Assembly (NCBI GenBank): GCA_027339965.1
Contig: DAHWNL010000073.1
Location: 1,113 to 65,112 of the forward strand
Source: Granulicella sp.
GTDB taxonomy: Bacteria; Acidobacteriota; Terriglobia; Terriglobales; Acidobacteriaceae
Length of the DNA stretch: 64,000 nt
Direction of reading: 5' to 3'
The translations under genes were made by a program, and so were the position numbers. Position 1 is the stretch's first letter. Every line of letters starts with the position of its first letter. Of this stretch, positions 19,319 to 28,968 are shown one piece after another. Under the pieces are notes generated by a model. The model made no database searches and was not told where the DNA came from. It saw only the letters and a list, made by a program, of their open reading frames with translations.

Positions 19319-19555
19319 ATGGGAATCAACGAAATCGTTGCGGCTCTCGACGATGAGATCAGCCGGCTCGAGCAGGTGCGCAGTCTGCTGGCAGGCACCA
19401 AAGGCAGTGTCAAGCACGCGGCAACTTCCTTCGCATTCGGTGCGAACCAGGACAAGTCACGCAAACGCCGCCATCTCAGCGCCGAGGCCAGAGAGCGAAT
19501 CGCCGCCGCGCAGAGGAAACGCTGGGCGGCTCAGAAGAAGGCTGCTAAGAAATAG
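19319..19555 (+). CDS. small basic protein, unknown function
   Basis: 78 aa with a 'LSAEARERIAAAQRKRWAAQKKAAKK' tail. Divergent from the PRTRC operon. Confidence 0.4.
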   Translation: MGINEIVAALDDEISRLEQVRSLLAGTKGSVKHAATSFAFGANQDKSRKRRHLSAEARERIAAAQRKRWAAQKKAAKK

Positions 19556-19635
19556 CCTCACTGAGCCACGGCTTTCGATTTGTGGCGGGACGACCTACGA
19601 TTGCCAGCGTCAACGATGAAGTGCTCCAACCTGTA

Positions 19636-20256
19636 TCAGGAGCAGCCACTCGTCCCGCCGCAGTTCCTGCACACGAAGCAGTTTCCATTCGGACTCATCA
19701 GAGCGCCGCAGGAACGGCAGGCTGGCGCGTCGCCAGCTTCCAATCCTTGTGACGAAATCGGTACGACTTTGCTCGGATCGGCCGCACTGCCGCGGTAATT
19801 GCCGGATTCCGAAAACAGAGCGAGTTGCGTTCCGGAGAGGAAGCGGAGTTCGAGCCACCGGAACAGGTAGTCCATGATCGACTTCGCGTAGCCCAGTTCC
19901 GCGCTCCCCGTCCAGCCCGATGGCTCAAAGCGAGTGTGCGACAGCTTATCGCAAAGCACACGCAAAGGCACGCCATGCTGGAGACTGACGGATAAGACGG
20001 TTCCGAAGCATTCCATCAGGCCGGCAATGGTCGATCCCTCCTTGGACATCCGGATGAAGACCTCGCCAGGCTGACCGTTGGGGTAGAGACCGACCGTCAA
20101 GTAGCCTTCATGTCCTCCGACCGCGAAGTGATGCGTGATCGCCGGGCGCTCGTCGGGAAGGCGGTGGCGGTTGGCGTCCGGAGGCCCCAAGGGCTCCGTC
20201 TGCGGTGCCTCACTTGCGACGAGCGAATCGTGAGAAGGCGCGCTGTAGGCATCCAT
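19636..20256 (-). CDS. stand-alone class II (B12-dependent) ribonucleotide reductase C-terminal domain-like protein with Cys-rich tail
   Basis: 'GGHEGYLTVGLYPNGQPGEVFIRMSKEGSTIAGLMECFGTVLSVSLQHGVPLRVLCDKLSHTRFEPSGWT' closely resembles the NrdJ C-terminal region as I remember it. Ends with 'CRSCG...CFVCRNCGGTSGCS'. Confidence 0.7.
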   Translation of the reverse strand: MDAYSAPSHDSLVASEAPQTEPLGPPDANRHRLPDERPAITHHFAVGGHEGYLTVGLYPNGQPGEVFIRMSKEGSTIAGLMECFGTVLSVSLQHGVPLRVLCDKLSHTRFEPSGWTGSAELGYAKSIMDYLFRWLELRFLSGTQLALFSESGNYRGSAADPSKVVPISSQGLEAGDAPACRSCGALMSPNGNCFVCRNCGGTSGCS

Positions 20257-20374
20257 TTCTATCCTCCTGCAAGGAATTGCGGCCGTCGCTGGACGGGCCG
20301 TTCGCGACGCCAGCGAAGAGGGTTGTACCTCCGGATCGAATTTCGGTCAAACGCGCTGAACCGCGGTTGGAAAG

Positions 20375-20806
20375 CTATGCGGCTAACTGCCGCATCTCTT
20401 TGAGCTTGCGGTAGAAAGTGGTCTTCCCAATGCCCAGCAGGCGCGCGGCCTCGATCGGCTTTCGATTGGACTTGCTGTAAGCGGCCAGGATCATGGCCCG
20501 CTCCATCTCGTCGAGCGTTGGGAACGCCTCCATAGTCGAGAGCGGATTCAAATGCACTGGGAGCTGCCGGTGCGCAGGAGACTCTTCCAGCCTCGCTGCC
20601 GTGGCGGAGATAAGTTTCGAAGCTTCCTGGAGTTTCAACAGGCATTGAGAATCCGGTTGATATACGACTCTCTCCACCACCCGTTCGACGACGTTCACGA
20701 TGGGCGCGGGCAGGGCCTGGCCGCAGCGACGGCAGTTCGCATGATCTGCCCACTGCACCAGTTCGCACTGGACACAACGAACCGTCTCTCTTTCCTTGTT
20801 CATCAT
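20375..20806 (-). CDS. Fis-family HTH transcriptional regulator with N-terminal zinc-ribbon
   Basis: 'CVQCELVQWADHANCRRCG' and the C-terminal 'AARLLGIGKTTFYRKLKE'. Start trimmed to the ATGATG at 20806, preceded by GAGGTG. Confidence 0.7.
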   Translation of the reverse strand: MMNKERETVRCVQCELVQWADHANCRRCGQALPAPIVNVVERVVERVVYQPDSQCLLKLQEASKLISATAARLEESPAHRQLPVHLNPLSTMEAFPTLDEMERAMILAAYSKSNRKPIEAARLLGIGKTTFYRKLKEMRQLAA

Positions 20807-20855
20807 TTCACCTCTGGAATGAAGATTTCGGCCAGCGCAAACCCCGCGGGCTGGG

Positions 20856-21368
20856 TCAGAACAGAAGCCCCTGCACAGGCTCAACGGCTCCACCACCGTC
20901 TGGCGGAGGGGCCGACACCGGGCGCTCTTCCAGGCTTTTCCCCGGGCAGCGGTATTTGCCTTCGAGGCGCTCAAGCAAAGTCAATTCCGCCCTGCGTTCC
21001 TCTTCCACAAGGAGCAACTGATACCGGAGAAGATAATTCCGGTTGCGGACTTCCCGCTGAATCTCACTCTCCACATCCGAAAATGTGAATCCCGGATCTC
21101 CGTAGCAGGGGAACCGCAACGTGTGTTCGAGAAATCGAACCTGAGCGGTCAGAGACAAAAACCATTCCTCATAGAACCCCGTCAAGTTGTAGTGAGCGAT
21201 GTGCCCAAAGCAGTTCGATAGTCGGCCGTAGAGCCGATCGGTGAAGAGGTTCCGCGCGAAGCCCGAATCAATGAAGCGCAGAAGCGCGTTGCCAAACTCT
21301 GCCTTCGCGGCCGCGGAAGAGAACTTTGTAGCAACAAACTCGGAAGCAAGAAACGGCCCCTTGGTCAT
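20856..21368 (-). CDS. hypothetical protein
   Basis: 170-aa ORF with coding-like composition, in the same-strand gene string. No motif recognised. Confidence 0.5.
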   Translation of the reverse strand: MTKGPFLASEFVATKFSSAAAKAEFGNALLRFIDSGFARNLFTDRLYGRLSNCFGHIAHYNLTGFYEEWFLSLTAQVRFLEHTLRFPCYGDPGFTFSDVESEIQREVRNRNYLLRYQLLLVEEERRAELTLLERLEGKYRCPGKSLEERPVSAPPPDGGGAVEPVQGLLF

Positions 21369-21449
21369 GGTGTTCTCCGCAAAAGAAAAGGGCCAGCCGA
21401 GGCTGACCTGGTTTGTACTTGGAAATGGGACCGGGGCCGGTAGAGGGGT

Positions 21450-21875
21450 CTACCGTCGCAGTGGATTGAAGATCTTAATTCCTGCAAAGTGCTTTTCGTT
21501 GTCCGTGACGAGAAGACAATCGTTCACTTGGGCGATCGCTGCGATCTGCATGTCGAGTGCGCTCCTCGGGCGTCCGGCGCGCGTGCCTTCCGCCATCAGG
21601 CGCCCCCAAACGAGGGCCGCCCTCTCCTCAAACCCAAGGACGCGGCCACGAAACAGCTGCTGCGGAACCTCTGCGCCCCCAAACCACTCTTTGAGTTCCC
21701 GGCGCTTCTTCCCAGCAGGTTTTTCCAGAATGCCCCGGTGAATCTCCGCGAGGCTCAGGGTGGAAATGAACAGGTCGGTGTCAATCTGGTCCGCCAACCA
21801 GTCGGTCAGAGCCTGGGATGGCGTCGGCTTGGTGAGGTTGCTGAGAATATTGGTATCGAGTAAATAGCGCGTCAC
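21450..21875 (-). CDS. vapC: PIN-domain toxin (VapC/FitB-like)
   Basis: 'YLLDTNILSNL' and 'LFISTLSLAEI'. ATGA overlap with the antitoxin gene. Confidence 0.85.
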   Translation of the reverse strand: MTRYLLDTNILSNLTKPTPSQALTDWLADQIDTDLFISTLSLAEIHRGILEKPAGKKRRELKEWFGGAEVPQQLFRGRVLGFEERAALVWGRLMAEGTRAGRPRSALDMQIAAIAQVNDCLLVTDNEKHFAGIKIFNPLRR

Positions 21876-22171
21876 AGCTCGATCTCTCTGCCCGTTTCGA
21901 ACGGCCGCACGATTTCTAGTTCAGCGCCGACCAGAGGAGACCGCCGGAGCGCTGCAAGAATGCCGCCTCGTTTCGGTGCGCTCGATACGCTATGCTCGAC
22001 CTGCGTCCTAATTTGATCGGCCTCATCGCCATTCTCTGCGAGCTTCTTGGCCAGCGCACGGATCAACTCACGGTCGCGGTTGAGACCCAGAACCTCGAAC
22101 CGCGCCATTCCCTTCCGCTCGAGGCGACTGCGGTAGTTCTTGATGGCACGTTTCTGTGCAGTGGCCGTCAT
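21872..22171 (-). CDS. type II antitoxin (FitA/RHH-like)
   Basis: 99-aa ORF overlapping the PIN gene, with the basic N-terminus 'KRAIKNYRSRLERKGM'. Confidence 0.65.
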   Translation of the reverse strand: MTATAQKRAIKNYRSRLERKGMARFEVLGLNRDRELIRALAKKLAENGDEADQIRTQVEHSVSSAPKRGGILAALRRSPLVGAELEIVRPFETGREIEL

Positions 22172-22374
22172 CTCTTTCTCCTATAACCAGTAATATATCC
22201 AGAAAAAGCGATTGTGGCAAACCTGTTGCGCAATGGAGGCTCTCCTGGTAGCCATGATCGCGCGTCAACTGCGCAACCTCGGACTCAGGCCTTCATGCAT
22301 AAGGAGTTTTCATCACAATTCACGCTTCCGTAGAGGAGCTGCGAAGCGGCCTTTTTGTTACGGAGATGCCTTTT

Positions 22375-24663
22375 TCAGCCGAAGAGGCTGAGCTGGACGG
22401 GAAATTCCGTCGTCGCCGTGCTCGGCCAGGGCGGTGAATCCGGCCTCTTCTTTTCCGCGGCCGGCGGAATCAGTTGGATGCCTGGTTTACAGGCAAGTAC
22501 TGGCGGCCCGCCCGGACTCACCACCTCACCGTCCAGCCTCCCTCCGATCACCTCTGCAGCCGGTCCCAGCTGCTTTGACCGCTCGCGATCGAGCTGGCGC
22601 CAGACCTGGTCGGCAGATTCGCCGACCCCGGCCTTCTCGACGAGTTCCCGTGCCATCGCGGACATCAGATCCTCGTCGGCATCGAGCGACTGGAGGCCTT
22701 CGCCCGAGAACTTGCCCTCCATCATCAAAGCCACGAGCATTTTCTTGCCCATCAGCCGCAGACAGATCTCCTGCATCGTCCCCTTGTAGGTGAGGAACTT
22801 TACCCGTACAGGGTGCCTTTGCCCGATCCGCCAGGACCGCCGGCTGGCCTGACGGAGCGTGTGCAGCGAATAGCCCGTTTGGTAGAAGTAGAGCGTCGGA
22901 AACGCCAGGAGATCGAGGCCCGTCTCCACCAGCTTTGGATGGCAGACGACCACCTCGACCCCGGACCCAAGCTGCCGGTCGTACCACTCCTCCCGCTTCT
23001 GCGTTGGTACTGAAGCGCGTAGGACGGCAACACGTAGCCCCGCGGCCGACAACACATCTTCGAGCCGCGCGTTCACGTCTTTCTCACCTGTGTACGTCGC
23101 ATAGACCTGGCAACGCCGGCCCTGCCGCAGCTCTTCCCGAATGTCGTCGATGAGAGCAGTTTCCTTCGGATAGAGAGAATCCCGGGAGAGTTCCCGCGGG
23201 CTGGCAACGCGGAACTTGTAATACTCCTTGGTGGCTGGATCGAGCGCCCGCGCCCAGATCTCCTCGAAATCGTACGGATGATCGGGATAGAGCAGGAGCG
23301 TGTTCAGCAGCACGCTCATCAGGCTCTTGTTGCCCCGATGTTCCGCCATGGCATTGCGCAGCGCCTTTTCAAGTTCCTCGTAGGCATCCGCGAGCTCTTT
23401 GTTCATGTCGCAGGAGAGCACGCTCTCCGTGTACGGCGGCAGGTTGTCCGCGATGTCTTCGAGCGCCAGAAAGGCGGTCGTCGACATGAGGAACTTGCCA
23501 AACAGCAGAGGCGACGCGCCCGGCTTCCGCACCACCTGCACCGTCTTCTTCGAAGTACGCGAACAGGCGTTATCTTCCTCGCGGATCTTCTCGATGGTTT
23601 CAAGAACGCCGTACTGCTCCTGAAAGCTTCGCCGACCTTCCCCTCCATACACGAAACCGTCTCCCGCAATCATCTGTGGTTCCATCCGGTAGAAGACGTT
23701 GAAGAGATCATCGGCATAGCCGCCCATCAGCGTTCCCGTGAGAGCGATGAGTCGACGGCCGGCCCTTGCCAGTACACCCAGAGCGTTGCCCTGTGCTGTG
23801 TCGCCGGCCAGCTGGTGCAATTCGTCGGCGATGGCCAGATCAAACCAGCCTTTCATATACCGGCCAATAAACTCAACCGGCGCCATGCGCTGGATCTTGG
23901 ACCGGTCCGCCTGCCACAGCGGCGAAAACAGCGTCGTTCCGTCCTTCGCCCGCTCTATCTGTTCGCTGATCTTCAGCTGATCGAAATCCATTCGCGTGCG
24001 GCGACCGCCATCTGGATTCTCGATCGAGCAGCCGGTATCCGGATTGATCACGCCGCCGAGCTCCGGGCCGCACTTCGCGGTGAGGAAGGCGTGCCGCCAG
24101 AAGTACGACAACTTGCCCTTGTCCTTGGGAATGATGAATACCGAACAGTGCGGGCAGCGCTGCTGCCATCCGTCTCGTCCCACGCCACGCAAATCGGCAA
24201 GGGAGAGTTGCATCCCCTCGTACACGATCCTGCCCTTGCGAAGGCGAACTTCGCAGACGCCATGCGCTTGCTTCGGATCGCCGCCGTTCCGCATATCCTC
24301 GACCAGGAAGGTTCGCGCAAAAGGGATCGTCTTGATCGCTTCCCGCGCCCACTTCTTCGCGATGTGCGAAGGGCACATCACCAGGATGGTCCGTGCCTTG
24401 AGGACGTGCGCCACACCCAGCGCCATGAACGTCTTGCCCGCGCCGCACTCAGCGACGATACGCGCGGCCCGCGCACGCCGAAGATGCTTGGCCAGCCCTC
24501 CAATGGCAATCGCCTGGGCCGGGAGCGGCGCCCGCAAGAGGGTCGAGAGATCGCCGGGAATTTCATCGGTCGTGCTCTGCAGCGGCGGGTACATCTCCAG
24601 AATCCGCGCGCCAAGCTCACTCGCATTTGCGCGGAGATAGCCATAGATATCCGTGACCTCCAT
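22375..24663 (-). CDS. SNF2/DEAD-like superfamily 2 helicase
   Basis: Motif I 'ECGAGKT', motif II 'IADELHQL', and a C-terminal helicase domain with 'LRQASRRSWRIGQ'. Confidence 0.85.
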   Translation of the reverse strand: MEVTDIYGYLRANASELGARILEMYPPLQSTTDEIPGDLSTLLRAPLPAQAIAIGGLAKHLRRARAARIVAECGAGKTFMALGVAHVLKARTILVMCPSHIAKKWAREAIKTIPFARTFLVEDMRNGGDPKQAHGVCEVRLRKGRIVYEGMQLSLADLRGVGRDGWQQRCPHCSVFIIPKDKGKLSYFWRHAFLTAKCGPELGGVINPDTGCSIENPDGGRRTRMDFDQLKISEQIERAKDGTTLFSPLWQADRSKIQRMAPVEFIGRYMKGWFDLAIADELHQLAGDTAQGNALGVLARAGRRLIALTGTLMGGYADDLFNVFYRMEPQMIAGDGFVYGGEGRRSFQEQYGVLETIEKIREEDNACSRTSKKTVQVVRKPGASPLLFGKFLMSTTAFLALEDIADNLPPYTESVLSCDMNKELADAYEELEKALRNAMAEHRGNKSLMSVLLNTLLLYPDHPYDFEEIWARALDPATKEYYKFRVASPRELSRDSLYPKETALIDDIREELRQGRRCQVYATYTGEKDVNARLEDVLSAAGLRVAVLRASVPTQKREEWYDRQLGSGVEVVVCHPKLVETGLDLLAFPTLYFYQTGYSLHTLRQASRRSWRIGQRHPVRVKFLTYKGTMQEICLRLMGKKMLVALMMEGKFSGEGLQSLDADEDLMSAMARELVEKAGVGESADQVWRQLDRERSKQLGPAAEVIGGRLDGEVVSPGGPPVLACKPGIQLIPPAAEKKRPDSPPWPSTATTEFPVQLSLFG

Positions 24664-24692
24664 GGGAGCCTCCTGATTGAGTTTGACCGCTG

Positions 24693-25658
24693 GTGCCAGG
24701 CGAGAATACAGTTCGGTTCGTGGAAGTTCGTATCAACTACTGCACCGTCTGCTGGGGCTACCGGAACCGAGCGCTCGAAATCGCCGAGAGACTAAGAACG
24801 AAATTCGGTGCGCAGGTCGGAGTGGCCGGCGGTAAGCCTGGTCAATTTGACGTGTATGTGGACGGACGAGAAGTCGTGTCTCGCCGCGATAGCGCCATTC
24901 TTCGGATGAAGCCCGGGGGGCTTCCAGAGGTTGCCGAAGTGACCGGCATTATCGAAAACGGGTTTGTGCCCCTTGGGCCAGAGCCGCACACTCGTGTTTT
25001 CGCCGCCGAAAATGCGAAGCGGTTCTACGATCGCCTCGGGGCTATGCAGGACAGTCAGTTCTATGAACGCGCTCCACTCAACGAGCTGATCTCTCACGCC
25101 GACTTCGAGCATGCGTTATCTGTCTTTGAGTTGGGCTGCGGAACGGGCAGATTTGCAGCCCGTCTGCTTGCAGAGCGGCTCCCTCCCCAAGCGCATTACA
25201 TGGGATTCGATATAAGCACCACTATGGTGGAAATCGCAATACGGCGTTTAACGCGCTGGGGCGACCGCGCAACTGTAGAGGAGGCAGACGCAACAAGGGG
25301 TCTTCCTTATGCTGATAGTCAGTTCGACCGGTTTGTCGCCACCTATGTATTCGACTTGTTGCCGGCATCATCAATCGGCTTGGTACTACGCGAGGCCTAT
25401 CGGGTTCTGAGCCCTAAAGGAAAACTTTGTGTAGTCACATCGACGGAGGGAGTTGGACCCGCTTCCCGAATAATCAACAAGATCTGGAACGCAATCTACG
25501 ACCGCAGGCCAGGACTCCTGGGCGGGTGCAGGCCGTTGCAACTCTCGAAGTTCCTCACTGCATCGGAATGGCGGATTGAACACATGCAAAACCGCTCCTC
25601 TTACGGGATTACATCGGAGATACTGGTCGCGACCCGCACCATCGGAGGGTCTGGTTGA
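24693..25658 (+). CDS. fusion of Rdx/SelW-like CxxC thioredoxin-fold domain and class I SAM-dependent methyltransferase
   Basis: N-terminus 'VRINYCTVCWGYRNRALEIAERL...GQFDVYVDGREV' is an Rdx-family pattern. The MTase motif I 'VFELGCGTGRF' follows. The start may be the in-frame GTG at 24720. Confidence 0.65.
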   Translation: MPGENTVRFVEVRINYCTVCWGYRNRALEIAERLRTKFGAQVGVAGGKPGQFDVYVDGREVVSRRDSAILRMKPGGLPEVAEVTGIIENGFVPLGPEPHTRVFAAENAKRFYDRLGAMQDSQFYERAPLNELISHADFEHALSVFELGCGTGRFAARLLAERLPPQAHYMGFDISTTMVEIAIRRLTRWGDRATVEEADATRGLPYADSQFDRFVATYVFDLLPASSIGLVLREAYRVLSPKGKLCVVTSTEGVGPASRIINKIWNAIYDRRPGLLGGCRPLQLSKFLTASEWRIEHMQNRSSYGITSEILVATRTIGGSG

Positions 25659-25786
25659 AGACCTGTGCAAGAATGGCAACTGACTTTGCGAGGGAAGGTA
25701 CGTGCGCAATACGCTCCATTTCCCTCTCATCAGGGACTCCGCCCCCAATACGCAAAGAGACATCGGCCCGATCTGTGGAAACTTGC

Positions 25787-26473
25787 TCACGCCGCCAACT
25801 GCATCGATTGAGACTCAGGCCGCAGAACTTCAGCGAATGTCCCGCTAGACCATCGAACGGGACCGTTCGATTCTGGAAACGGGAGCTCCTCTCGTGCAAC
25901 CCCGCTACCCATCCACTCCAGCAACTCCTCGGCTGTCGCAAGAACCACCGCCGCCGAGCAGCCGATACTGTCTACAGTTTTGACTCGATCGTTCTTTCGA
26001 AGCACTCGCATCATGTACTCCGCCCATTCCGGCAATCCCGGCAGACCATATCGATGGACGAGCGCAGTCCAGACCTCATTCGGCTCCGGCCGCAGTACAA
26101 TGGTCCGCGACAGCGACTTCATCCCGCGCAACTCCTCAGAGAGCGCAATCATGTGCCGCACAGACTGTTTCCGGCCAGGAATGCTGATATTTCCGCGACT
26201 GCAGATGGCCCCTTCCCCCAATGAGATCTCCTGAATCTCCCCATTTGGAAACGTTAGCCGGAATCGTGCCTGTTCATAGACGGCGGCCGTGATCGCCCCG
26301 ACATCCGAATCGTTGCCGAACACGCTCAGGAGATGCGCCTCGTCGTCTTCGCCGATGTAGTGGCTCACGCGCACCCGGATTCGCGTTGCGATCTTCTCTG
26401 TGTACCGCTCATATTCAAGCAGCCCCATCCTCAGGTGGGCATTCTCCATCATTTTCTCCCTCCTCCGGAGCAC
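25787..26473 (-). CDS. hypothetical protein
   Basis: 228-aa ORF downstream of the methyltransferase. Start may be 26452/26449 (MMENAH). No motif recognised. Confidence 0.5.
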   Translation of the reverse strand: MLRRREKMMENAHLRMGLLEYERYTEKIATRIRVRVSHYIGEDDEAHLLSVFGNDSDVGAITAAVYEQARFRLTFPNGEIQEISLGEGAICSRGNISIPGRKQSVRHMIALSEELRGMKSLSRTIVLRPEPNEVWTALVHRYGLPGLPEWAEYMMRVLRKNDRVKTVDSIGCSAAVVLATAEELLEWMGSGVAREELPFPESNGPVRWSSGTFAEVLRPESQSMQLAA

Positions 26474-27488
26474 TTTCTGTCAGCTTCATGGCTTTGCCAG
26501 TGACGTATAACAGCCGGAGTTCGTTCGACCATTTCTCCTGCCGGCGGATGATCTTGGTGTCTCCTTCTTCCTCCTGGAACTCGGTAACGTGTTTAACTGA
26601 ACGCCAGCGAGCAATGTGCCTGTCCTCTCCGTTGCCGAAGACACCATTGAGCAGCCCTGCGGTACAGAGCAGGCCTACATGGCCTCCATGAAGCGGCGTG
26701 ATCGGCCGGCCGATCGCAATGTCTTCGCTGGGGAGCAGGGCCTGCGCGGCCTGCTTCCATGCGGCCGAATGCGGCAAAAGGTCTTCGATCAAGTCGTATG
26801 GCAGTCCACGATAGGTCAACGCTGCTTCGCCGGAGACCGGCACGGTATACGGCTCAACGGTCTCTGGAGCGAGATCCGGCAACCTGTCGTATCCGCCATG
26901 CTGAGCGAGTGTCCGTATCCGCCGCTGGCTCTCCTCGAGGGCCGCGCCCCGGACATTCCGGCGCACACCGAACACGACAATCTGCCGGAAGCGCACAGAT
27001 TCAGCGTCTGCCATACGAAAGGCGTTAATTCTGGTGAAGTTTGCGCTCAAAATGCTGGCGCAGTCGCTGAGCTGCTCGAAGGGAATGACGAAGACCAGAA
27101 CACCGTGCTGGACCAGCCAGTGATGCGTGTGTTCAAGGAACAGCCGCTCCAGACGCCGATTGCCGGTTAGATTGATTTCCGAATCGTAGGGCGGATTCAG
27201 ATAAAGCATCGAGAAGCTCTCGACCTTCGCGTGGGCGTCGAACACATTGCCCTGGATCATCCGTATCCCGGTCTTTGAAGCTTCCTCCGCACGTCCGGTG
27301 TCGAGTTCAACCCCAAACCGAAGTACTGGCGCACCAGCCGTGATCAGGTTGAGTGCCGTTCCTCTTCCCGCGCAGGGATCGATCACGGAACACGGCCCTG
27401 AGAAAATGAGCAGAGACCGGATGTTCTGGGCCTCTGTCAGAGGCAGTGGATAGTAGCCCATCTTCAGACGCGCGGCGCTGCGGGCCAT
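26415..27488 (-). CDS. orphan DNA methyltransferase (N6-adenine/N4-cytosine type)
   Basis: Motif I 'VIDPCAGRGTAL' and motif IV 'LNPPYD'. No restriction endonuclease gene is adjacent. Confidence 0.7.
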   Translation of the reverse strand: MARSAARLKMGYYPLPLTEAQNIRSLLIFSGPCSVIDPCAGRGTALNLITAGAPVLRFGVELDTGRAEEASKTGIRMIQGNVFDAHAKVESFSMLYLNPPYDSEINLTGNRRLERLFLEHTHHWLVQHGVLVFVIPFEQLSDCASILSANFTRINAFRMADAESVRFRQIVVFGVRRNVRGAALEESQRRIRTLAQHGGYDRLPDLAPETVEPYTVPVSGEAALTYRGLPYDLIEDLLPHSAAWKQAAQALLPSEDIAIGRPITPLHGGHVGLLCTAGLLNGVFGNGEDRHIARWRSVKHVTEFQEEEGDTKIIRRQEKWSNELRLLYVTGKAMKLTESAPEEGENDGECPPEDGAA

Positions 27489-27539
27489 GGTCGCCTCCTC
27501 TTCGAGAATCCTGGTGGTGGGTGAGAGAACCGACTTCCT

Positions 27540-27773
27540 CTATGCGCTCACGGCCGTTACCAGAGTCAAACTGGTCTGTCGGGAGCCTTGCGCCGGAGAA
27601 TCCGGGCCGCCATCGAGAATCGGCTCAAGACGCACGACTCGATCGCTGCCACACAGACGACACTGATTCGGTCCCGAATTGGAGACGTTCCGGCATCCAC
27701 GGCAGTAGACCGCATGTCTCAGCGGTATTGCGCAGATGCCTCTGTCGGTGGGAAGTTCAACTAATTTCGCCAT
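27540..27773 (-). CDS. small zinc-ribbon protein
   Basis: 77 aa with 'CRGC...CRLCG'. In the same-strand gene string. Confidence 0.4.
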   Translation of the reverse strand: MAKLVELPTDRGICAIPLRHAVYCRGCRNVSNSGPNQCRLCGSDRVVRLEPILDGGPDSPAQGSRQTSLTLVTAVSA

Positions 27774-27984
27774 GGAGATTTTGCGCCTCCTTCTTTACGG
27801 CCACCGTTCGTGAAACCCGGCCGCCGCTCTGGAAGGCAAAATCTGCTTCCGTCAGCCGACGGATGCTGAACCGATCGACGCCGGCAGCCCTGATGATCAG
27901 TTCCTTGTGTCCTTCACAGAAGACTTCCGTGTCGATCAACCAGGCCGCCCGTCGCCGGCACATGGAGCACTCTGCGACTCGCAT
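27757..27984 (-). CDS. small Cys-containing protein
   Basis: 75 aa with 'CSMC...FCEGH'. Overlaps the downstream small ORF. Confidence 0.35.
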   Translation of the reverse strand: MRVAECSMCRRRAAWLIDTEVFCEGHKELIIRAAGVDRFSIRRLTEADFAFQSGGRVSRTVAVKKEAQNLHGEIS

Positions 27985-28059
27985 TGGGTTGACCTCAAAA
28001 ACGACGAAGGGCCACGATTGTTCGTAGCCCTAACCCAGTCGGGATATTCAGTTTTGCGA

Positions 28060-28968
28060 TCAGGCGGCGGGCCTTCTGGATTGCGCCTCATTCACATGTT
28101 CGACGAGCTTTGCCAGCACGCCGAAGTTCGGAATTTCGTCCAGCCTGCGGACGCCCAGACCGTCAAGAATCGCGTAGAACTCGGTTTCGGCGATCTCGGC
28201 TGCCACACGGCGCACCTGCGCCATGCCGCGGACGCCGCTCTCCATCCACTTCAGCACCTCTTGCTGGACGTGCTGGTTCGGAATGTCCCGTGTAGACCGC
28301 ACCTTTGCTACGGACCCCAGGATGTTGCTGTAAAGCATTTGCCCGAGATCCCGGCGGCACGCCTCGATCTTGCCCGTCACGCTTGCATCAAGCGGACCCT
28401 TTTGTACGGCGGCCGTCCCGTTGCCATTCCCCTTCCGGGCTGTCCCATTCTGGGCAGGCGCTCGCCGCTCGCACTCGGGCAGCGCCCAGGACGGGAGCGC
28501 CGGGATTTCCCGCGGGTGCTTGTATTCATCAAGATCCACCCACATTTCAGCGAAGTTGTAGAAGTAGCGGCCGAGGCCGAAACAGCTACAGGCCCGCTTA
28601 AACGCCTGTGCTTCCGCCGACGTCATTGCATTTTCATCGTCTGCCCACTCCTCGCCGCTCCCGCTGTGCATTCCGACGCCGGGGATCGATACGACGCAGG
28701 TAACCAGCACCTTTCCTGTCTGGATGGGCTTGTCCTTCTTAATACGGGTGATCGGAGAGACGGTGTGGACTGCGTATTCCCGTGTCCAACCGCTCGCGGT
28801 GAAGATGCTGTTGAGGCGGTCCGTGTAGGCCCGCGGATCGGCATAGGGCGTCACGCGGCCTTTTCGGCCGTCTCTCGAAGTGGCTGCGACCAGCCACTTC
28901 ACATCTTTCGAAGCGAATGGTTCCTCCAGACGCACGAGTGCTTCTGCGGCTGTTTGCGCATTTTCCAT
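28060..28968 (-). CDS. Rad52/Rad22-like single-strand annealing protein
   Basis: 'LEEPFASKDVKW...TPYADPRAYTDRLNSIFTASGWTREY' matches the Rad52-family N-terminal pattern. Confidence 0.65.
   Translation of the reverse strand: MENAQTAAEALVRLEEPFASKDVKWLVAATSRDGRKGRVTPYADPRAYTDRLNSIFTASGWTREYAVHTVSPITRIKKDKPIQTGKVLVTCVVSIPGVGMHSGSGEEWADDENAMTSAEAQAFKRACSCFGLGRYFYNFAEMWVDLDEYKHPREIPALPSWALPECERRAPAQNGTARKGNGNGTAAVQKGPLDASVTGKIEACRRDLGQMLYSNILGSVAKVRSTRDIPNQHVQQEVLKWMESGVRGMAQVRRVAAEIAETEFYAILDGLGVRRLDEIPNFGVLAKLVEHVNEAQSRRPAA

Noticed and set aside
19636-20256. NrdJ-like ORF as a functional ribonucleotide reductase
   Set aside because: Only the last ~200 residues of the enzyme are represented. 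No catalytic barrel or B12-binding region is encoded nearby.
23278-24795. 505-aa plus-strand ORF
   Set aside because: It is antisense to the SNF2 helicase (motifs I, II and VI are present on the minus strand). This is a shadow ORF.
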